From: Tolypothrix tenuis PCC 7101
GTDB lineage: Bacteria; Cyanobacteriota; Cyanobacteriia; Cyanobacteriales; Nostocaceae
DNA length: 21,203 bases
Direction: 5' to 3'
Assembly (NCBI GenBank): GCA_002368295.1
Contig: AP018248.1
Coordinates: 4,204,151-4,225,353 of the forward strand
The notes under the pieces are model-generated. The model was not told the DNA's origin. It did not search any database and worked only from the letters and a program-made list of their open reading frames with translations. The translations under genes and the position numbers were made by a program. Of this stretch, positions 15,995 through 21,203 are shown in pieces. Each line of letters starts with the position of its first letter. Positions within the stretch are counted from its first letter, which is position 1.

Positions 15995-16801
15995 GTGAAA
16001 TTACTAAACAGAAAATGGCGTAAACTAATTTTGGGCTTAAGTTGCCTGTTACTCATTATTGCTTGTAATGGATTGCAACCTACAAGCACCACAAGCCCGA
16101 AGTTAGAATTAAAAACTCTGAAAGTGGCTACAGACCCTACATTTGTACCATTTGAGATGAAAAATGCCAATGGAGATTTAGAAGGGTTTGACATTGATTT
16201 GATGAATGCGATCGCACAGGTAGTCGGTTTACAAGTTCAATGGGAAAGCCTACCTTTTGACGGTATGATTTCTACTTTGCAAGCCAAGAGAGTAGATGCA
16301 GCTATTAACGGAATTACAATTACTGCAGAACGCCTGAAAACCATTGACTTTTCCCGACCTTATTTTAAAGCAGGACTTGCGATCGCAGTTAGAGAAAACA
16401 ACCAAAATATCAAAGATTTAAATAGCCTTAAAGGTAAAAAGATTGGCGTACAAATTGGCTCAACGGGTGCAGATTTTGCTAAAACAATCCCTAATGCCAA
16501 AATTAGTACATATAACTCCGGCCCTGATTTCTTTCAAGATTTACTTAATGGTAATGTTGATGCGGTAGTCGGCGATGCCTTTGCTACTTTATATGCAATT
16601 AAAAACGGTAATCTCAAAGGTATTAAAGTAGTTACCAATTTACTTACAGAGGAATACTACGGGATTGCTACACCTAAAGATTCTCCTTATTTAGCAACTA
16701 TTAATCAAGGTATAGGTATTTTGCTATCTAATGGCACTTATCAACAAATTTATCAAAAATGGTTTAATATCAAACCGCCGCAATTACCAGAAAAAGTATA
16801 G
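15995..16801 (+). CDS. Amino-acid ABC transporter substrate-binding lipoprotein (GlnH/HisJ-like, SBP family 3)
   Basis: GTG start. The signal MKLLNRKWRKLILGLSCLLLIIACNG carries a lipobox. The core LKVATDPTFVPFEMKNANGDLEGFDIDLMNAIA ... DAAINGITITAERLKTIDFSRPYF is typical of polar amino-acid binding proteins. Confidence 0.88.
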   Translation: MKLLNRKWRKLILGLSCLLLIIACNGLQPTSTTSPKLELKTLKVATDPTFVPFEMKNANGDLEGFDIDLMNAIAQVVGLQVQWESLPFDGMISTLQAKRVDAAINGITITAERLKTIDFSRPYFKAGLAIAVRENNQNIKDLNSLKGKKIGVQIGSTGADFAKTIPNAKISTYNSGPDFFQDLLNGNVDAVVGDAFATLYAIKNGNLKGIKVVTNLLTEEYYGIATPKDSPYLATINQGIGILLSNGTYQQIYQKWFNIKPPQLPEKV

Positions 16802-16841
16802 TAATTAGATTTAAATTTAAAAAAATATACATATTAAGTAG

Positions 16842-16870
16842 GATGTGTTAGGCGTAAGCCCTAACACATC
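16842..16870. repeat. Hairpin repeat GATGTGTTAGG-cgtaagc-CCTAACACATC
   Basis: 11-bp perfect stem with a 7-nt loop, 41 nt after the stop at 16801. Confidence 0.65.
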
Positions 16871-16937
16871 AAAACTGTATAATTGTAGTTATATAGCAAT
16901 CCAATTTCATTTCTGCAAAAATCTCAGCTTTGGTATT

Positions 16938-16964
16938 GATGCGTTACGCTATCGCTAACGCATC
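16938..16964. repeat. Hairpin repeat GATGCGTTA-cgctatcgc-TAACGCATC
   Basis: 9-bp perfect stem. The arms are nearly identical to those at 16842 and 14430. Confidence 0.65.
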
Positions 16965-17123
16965 CTACATGAACTTTAAACATCAAATATGAGATGGGTA
17001 GGTAATACCAATTTGAAAAAAGAATGCGACACATCAATATATTCTAGAGGGCACGACATCCACAATCTTGTAGCATATCAAATTATCTTAATGGTGCCGT
17101 GCCCCTACACAGAATTTATTCGT

Positions 17124-17342
17124 CTACTCTTTAGTAAATCCAATCATTTCATCAGTTGGTTCATCCAGCATTTCTGGTACTAAAGCAGGGTTAGATCTAC
17201 GTTCTTCTGCTGATTGTTCTCGAATTACATCATCCATTTTTGCTGGATGCTTAATTTTATCCAATACCTCTGGACTTAATTCTGATGCATCAGCCTCCGG
17301 ATTCATCTTTTCGGCTTGGCTAGGAACAGTTTCTTTATTCAT
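17124..17342 (-). CDS. Small acidic hypothetical protein (72 aa)
   Basis: The track ORF starts at TTG 17369. The ATG at 17342, preceded by GGGGAAA, gives MNKETVPSQAEKMNPEADASELSPEVLDK. No family was recognised, so this is only weakly supported as a gene. Confidence 0.35.
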   Translation of the reverse strand: MNKETVPSQAEKMNPEADASELSPEVLDKIKHPAKMDDVIREQSAEERRSNPALVPEMLDEPTDEMIGFTKE

Positions 17343-17434
17343 GAATATTTCCCCAAATTTATACGCCAAGCTTAGATTTTCTAGTTACTAAGCACACACT
17401 ATCTGGAGGCTTAAATTATTATTAGCTTAAAAAT

Positions 17435-17464
17435 GGGCATGGGGCATAGGGCATGGGGCATGGG
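17435..17464. repeat. STRR-like tandem heptamer array (unit GGGCATG, about 4 units)
   Basis: gggcatg gggcata gggcatg gggcatg gg. Confidence 0.7.
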
Positions 17465-17580
17465 AAAGAAAGATTTTCACGCAATGCTTGGAAGTAGAAC
17501 AGAGTTTCATTAATCAAAACCTGACGATAACTTGTGCTTAGTCTACAGTTTAGGATTAGCAATGATTGGGCGCAGCCAAT

Positions 17581-17608
17581 AACCTTTACTATAGAAGACG
17601 TAAAGGTT
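17581..17608 (+). promoter_or_regulatory. Leader hairpin upstream of the ClC gene
   Basis: AACCTTTAC-tatagaagac-GTAAAGGTT (9-bp stem) is followed by the U-rich CTGTATATTTCGTTTC. It ends 35 nt before GTG 17643. Confidence 0.3.
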
Positions 17609-17642
17609 CTGTATATTTCGTTTCAAAACAGGAAATTCAGCA

Positions 17643-18938
17643 GTGCTACCAAATAAGCCCCCAGCGGGGAATCAAACTCAACGTTGGACATTGTCTCAAC
17701 TTTTTGGCTTGGCGAGGCGCAATCCGCTAATGATTTCTAGGTGGGTTCTATGTTGGGCTGCTGTGGGGACTGCGAGTGGTATATTTGCTGGTGTGTATTG
17801 GAATGTTTTAGAACTAATTATTCACAAACTCCAACGCTTTGAGGGTTTGAGTCTGCTGTTAGTAATGCCACTATGTGGTTTATTAGTCGGCTTGGTGATT
17901 CATTTTCTGGGAAATCCCGGCGAAATCGCGGTGATTGTCGATAATATCCACTTTCGCGGCGGAAGGCTGGATAGTCGAAAAAATCCCTCCATGATTCTCG
18001 CTTCTCTAGTTAGTATCTCAGCTGGTGGGAGTGCTGGGCCAGAAGCGCCTCTAGTGCAAGTAACTGGTTCTTTTGGTACGTGGGTAGCCGATCGCTTTAA
18101 ACTTCAAGGAGAAGATTTGAGATCTATGAGTTTAGCAGCAATGGCAGCTGGCTTTACTGCTTTGTTTGGTTCTCCTTTGGGCGGTGCAATGTTCGCTTTA
18201 GAGATTTTGCACCATCAGCATATTGTGGAATATTACGAAGCTTTGATGCCAGCGATTGTTGCGAGTTGCGCTAGCTACTTGGTATTTGCAGCAATTACAC
18301 ATTTAGGAATTGCACCTACCTGGAATTTCCCTCAATACAACTTAGCCAACATAGATGATTTTGCTTTAGCGATCGCCTTTGGTATTCTAGGTGCAGTTGC
18401 GGGATGGATTTTTATGGCGATTTTTCGTTTTTGCGATCGCGCTTTTTCCCGTATTCCTGGCCCTATCTATTTACGTACCACATTAGCAGGTTTAGGATTA
18501 GGCGCTTTAGCCGTTGTTTTACCGCTTACTCGGTATTTTGGCCATGAAGAATTAGAATCTGTCGTTAATACTAATATTCCGGCGATGTTTTTGTTGATAT
18601 TAGCCTTGGGTAAAATGGCTGCTATCAGCATGACTGTTACAGGTGGTTGGCGGGGTGGATTTATTATCCCCTTATTTTTTACTGGCGCTTGTATAGGTAA
18701 AGCCGTAGCACTCTTAATCCCCGGAGTTCATCCAGCTTTAGCAATGATTTGCACAATGGCGGCGATTAATGCAGCTGTGACACGCACACCCATTAGCACA
18801 ACTTTGTTGCTATCAAAACTCACTAACTTTAGTCCCTTCACACCAATACTCTTTGCCAGTTTAATGGGATTTTTCCTCGCTCCAAAAGTTCCCTTGATTG
18901 CATCTCAATTGAAGCATCAAACAGAGGTAGCTAATTAA
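17643..18938 (+). CDS. ClC-family voltage-gated chloride channel / anion:proton antiporter homologue
   Basis: 431 aa and polytopic. GGSAGPEAPLVQVTG aligns with the GREGPxVQIG selectivity-filter segment, including the gating Glu. GSPLGGAMFALE and GGFIIPLFF match the GxFxP segment. The GTG start at 17643 is uncertain; an alternative ATG is at 17730. Confidence 0.88.
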   Translation: MLPNKPPAGNQTQRWTLSQLFGLARRNPLMISRWVLCWAAVGTASGIFAGVYWNVLELIIHKLQRFEGLSLLLVMPLCGLLVGLVIHFLGNPGEIAVIVDNIHFRGGRLDSRKNPSMILASLVSISAGGSAGPEAPLVQVTGSFGTWVADRFKLQGEDLRSMSLAAMAAGFTALFGSPLGGAMFALEILHHQHIVEYYEALMPAIVASCASYLVFAAITHLGIAPTWNFPQYNLANIDDFALAIAFGILGAVAGWIFMAIFRFCDRAFSRIPGPIYLRTTLAGLGLGALAVVLPLTRYFGHEELESVVNTNIPAMFLLILALGKMAAISMTVTGGWRGGFIIPLFFTGACIGKAVALLIPGVHPALAMICTMAAINAAVTRTPISTTLLLSKLTNFSPFTPILFASLMGFFLAPKVPLIASQLKHQTEVAN

Positions 18939-18955
18939 TTTTGGCATGGGAGTGG

Positions 18956-18986
18956 AGGGCAGGGGGCAGGGGGCAGGGGGCAGGGA
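18956..18986. repeat. STRR-like tandem heptamer array (unit GGGGCAG, about 4 units)
   Basis: agggcag ggggcag ggggcag ggggcag gga, directly after the ClC stop. Confidence 0.7.
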
Positions 18987-19083
18987 GCGAGTAAATATTA
19001 ATTGATTTGGATTACTTCTTCCCAAAACAGTTGAGCTAAATTACAATCTCCATCAGCATAATCTCGTATTTCTTGCGGAAAAT

Positions 19084-19521
19084 ATGGAGCCTGTGACACT
19101 CACTGCTGCGGGAATCGCCACCCTAGTGTTTACCAAAGCTTTTGAAACCACTATAGAGAAAGCAACAGAAAGTGTTCTGAAAAAATTGGAACAGCTTCGC
19201 CAGAAGATTTTGCAGAAATTCAAGGGTACGCCCAGAGTAGAAGCAGCTTTGGTAAAAGTGCAGCAAGGCTCTAAGGAAGATTTAAATGTGGTGGCTGCTT
19301 ATTTGCAAGAGGCGATGGACAAAGACCCCAAATTTGCGGAAGAAGTGAAAACCCTGGCCACAGAAATTCACCAAGAAATTAATATTGGTAAGGTGGAAGG
19401 CAAGAATGTGCAGAATGTTTACGGTGGCGAGGCTTTTCAGTCTAATGATGCTAAGGCTCCCACGATTCAAGGGGGTAGTAATCACACTATTAATATTACC
19501 TATAATAATTCCCCCAATTGA
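19084..19521 (+). CDS. 145-aa helical N-module with an N/G/Q-rich tail, in frame with the downstream NB-ARC/TPR body (NLR N-terminal effector/adaptor-like)
   Basis: ATG ORF. Residues 1-20 (MEPVTLTAAGIATLVFTKAF) are hydrophobic. Residues 21-100 are amphipathic and helical. The last 46 residues, NIGKVEGKNVQNVYGGEAFQSNDAKAPTIQGGSNHTINITYNNSPN, include 18 N/G/Q by hand count. The ORF ends at TGA 19519..19521, in the same frame as the next feature. Confidence 0.6.
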   Translation: MEPVTLTAAGIATLVFTKAFETTIEKATESVLKKLEQLRQKILQKFKGTPRVEAALVKVQQGSKEDLNVVAAYLQEAMDKDPKFAEEVKTLATEIHQEINIGKVEGKNVQNVYGGEAFQSNDAKAPTIQGGSNHTINITYNNSPN

Positions 19522-21203
19522 CTAAAGTCGCCTGAACGGGAACAGGTAAAGCCTCATCCCCAGAGTGAAATACCGCAAAATTTCCCCCTGAGTGGGGTAG
19601 TGGAATTTGTTGGGCGTGGGGAAGAATTGCAAACACTCCAGCAAATGTTGCAGCAAAATCAACAAGTAGCGATTGCGGCTATTGCGGGGATGGGTGGAGT
19701 TGGGAAAACAGAACTGGCGTTGCAATATGCCATTGAGTACCGCGACAATTATCAAGGTGGAATTTGCTGGTTGTTGCCCAAATCTGGGGATATTGGGGTG
19801 CAAATTGTCCAGTTTGCGAGGACGCAGCTAGATTTAAACCCGCCAATAGATGTAGATTTACCCGCGCAAGTGCAATTTTGCTGGCGGCGTTGGCGTGAGG
19901 GTGATGTGCTGCTGGTGTTGGATGATGTTGCTGATTATCAGGAAGTTAAACCTTACTTTGTGTCGCTATCTTCTCGGTTCAAAATCCTGATTACTACTCG
20001 CCAGCATTGGGGACGAATAGCAGAATTACCCTTAGATGTGCTGCAACCAGAGGCGGCGCTGGAATTATTAAAGTCAATTATTGGGGTAGAAAGGTTTGAG
20101 CGGGAAAATCAACGCCACCCCCAAGTAGCATTACAGTTATGTGAGTGGCTGGGATATTTGCCCTTGGGTTTAGAGTTGGTGGGGCGGTATCTGGCGCAGA
20201 AACCAGATTTATCATTTGCAGAAATGCAGCGACGGTTGGAGAAAAAGCGACTAGAACAACCTGCGCTTAATAAACCAGAAGCCGACATGACAGCAAAACG
20301 GGGTGTGTTAGCAGCCTTTGAGTTGAGTTGGCAGGAATTAGAAGAAAATGATCAACAACTGGGCTGCTTATTGAGTTTATTTGCAGCCGCACCAATACCT
20401 TGGGTGTTGGTGGAATATTGTTTACTAGAGGAAGACGAGGAAGATTTAGAAGAAATTAGAGATGATAAGTTGTTGAATTTGCATTTACTCCAGCGCAAAG
20501 GTGAGGGAATCTATCAACTACACCCACTATTGCGGGAGTTTTTTCAATATAAGCTGACAGGTTTAGATAAAGCAGAGGAATTTAAGCATTCTGTTTGCGG
20601 GGTAATGGTAGCAGTTGCTGAAAATCTTCCTCAAACCCCTACCCTTGAGCAAATTAATGATTTCACCCCCGCTATACCTCATATAGCTGAAGTCGCAAAC
20701 AATCTCATTCAATATGTCAGTGATGATGATTTAATTTCGCCTTTCTTCGGTAATGCTAAATTTTACAGTGGTCAGGGATTGTATAACCAGGCTGTAACTT
20801 GGTGTGAGCAGTGTCTAGAAGTTACCAAAAACCTCCTAGGGGAATCACATCCAGATATTGCTACTAGCCTCAACAATCTGGCGGAACTCTATCGTTCCCA
20901 AGGTAGATACAGCGAAGCCGAACCTTTGTATGTGAAAGCTTTAGAACTAACGCAACGAAGCTTGGGGGAATTACATCCATCTTTTGCTACTAGCCTCAAC
21001 AATCTGGCGCTACTCTATCTTTCCCAAGGCAGATACAGCGAAGCCGAACCTTTGTATGTGCAAGCTTTAGAACTAATGCGACGCAGCTTAGGGGAATCAC
21101 ATCCATTTGTTGCTACTAGCCTCAACAATCTGGCGGAACTCTATCGTTTCCAAGGTAGATACAGCGAAGCCGAACCTTTGTACGTGCAAGCTTTAGAACT
21201 AAT
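19522..21203 (+). CDS. NB-ARC (STAND) NTPase with C-terminal TPR repeats, 3'-partial; body of an NLR-like protein
   Basis: Hand translation in frame 1 is open from 19522 to the window end (about 560 codons). Motifs: FVGRGEEL (from 19606), P-loop GMGGVGKT (19690..19713), Walker B LLVLDDV, ILITTR, GYLPLGLEL (the GxPLA equivalent), then 42-aa TPR units HPxxATSLNNLAxLYxxQGRYSEAEPLYVxALEL. There is no ATG/GTG/TTG before GTG 19600, and the first ATG is at 19645. It is missing from the ORF track because it has no stop in the window. Confidence 0.85.
20836..21203. repeat. 126-bp tandem DNA repeats (2.9 units visible) encoding the TPR units
   Basis: Units start at 20836, 20962 and 21088. Hand comparison: unit 1 vs 2 differ at 15 of 126 nt, and unit 1 vs 3 at 8 of 116 nt. 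Confidence 0.85.

Noticed and set aside
15072-16194. Minus-strand ORFs 15072..15269 and 15958..16194
   Set aside because: They are antisense to the lipoprotein ORF and to the substrate-binding protein gene start. The sequence is low-complexity.
16989-17183. Plus-strand ORF 16989..17183
   Set aside because: It spans an intergenic repeat-containing spacer (including the GGGCACG...CGTGCCC inverted repeat at 17049..17104) and overlaps the 3' end of the minus-strand small ORF. There are no coding features.
17370-17642. Fluoride (crcB-motif) riboswitch upstream of the ClC gene
   Set aside because: I could not find the conserved GGnGAUG ... CUGAUG elements in the right order. Only unrelated partial words such as CTGACGATAAC are present. 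An Infernal scan would settle it.
19519-19560. Selenocysteine recoding of the in-frame TGA
   Set aside because: No convincing SECIS-like hairpin follows the TGA at the right distance; only a 4-bp CCTG/CAGG stem is there. A Sec residue in an inter-domain linker has no rationale. Readthrough, split gene or nonsense mutation are more plausible.
19282-19803. Minus-strand ORFs 19282..19485 and 19522..19803
   Set aside because: They are antisense to the N-module and to the NB-ARC P-loop region, which are far better supported.
1-21203. tRNA, rRNA or tmRNA genes
   Set aside because: No T-loop-like GGTTCGAAT/GGTTCAAAT context or cloverleaf-compatible segment was seen in the intergenic spacers. All larger spacers are explained by repeats or hairpins.

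Overview
Chromosomal segment of a filamentous, Nostocales-type cyanobacterium. I counted about 20 perfect HIP1 octamers (GCGATCGC) by eye, and several STRR-like tandem heptamer arrays sit in intergenic spacers. Left to right: the 5' part of a probable grpE (minus strand, runs off the left edge, absent from the ORF track); the type IV pilus operon pilB-pilT-pilC; an unrecognised 185-aa ORF; a saccharopine-dehydrogenase-like oxidoreductase; a small HMA (CxxC) metal-binding protein preceded by a decayed DUF305-like fragment; a repeat-rich spacer; a lipid-A-disaccharide-synthase-related protein; an Rpn-family PD-(D/E)XK nuclease/putative transposase; hisC; an arsC-type LMW-PTP gene tightly linked to a cytoplasmic double-PAS histidine kinase; a secreted Arg/Glu-rich tandem-repeat protein; a two-gene cassette of unknown function (lipoprotein plus helical protein); an amino-acid ABC substrate-binding lipoprotein; a small acidic ORF; and a ClC-family channel. 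At the right edge is an NLR-like STAND locus (helical N-module, NB-ARC, TPR) that runs off the window; its body is not in the ORF track. That locus is the best candidate for something new. The 145-aa N-module ORF and the NB-ARC/TPR body share one reading frame and are separated only by a single TGA in the weak TGA-C context, and the body has no convincing start codon of its own. The N-module has a hydrophobic N-terminal helix and an N/G/Q-rich tail, reminiscent of cell-death or amyloid-signalling modules attached to bacterial NLRs. Secondary items are a DUF305 pseudogene remnant, a recurring 10-mer that also spans the NLR stop codon, a dispersed hairpin family, G-quadruplex-type heptamer arrays, and a 30-bp tandem repeat encoding a charged helix. 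All calls come from hand translation and motif recognition; no database search was possible.
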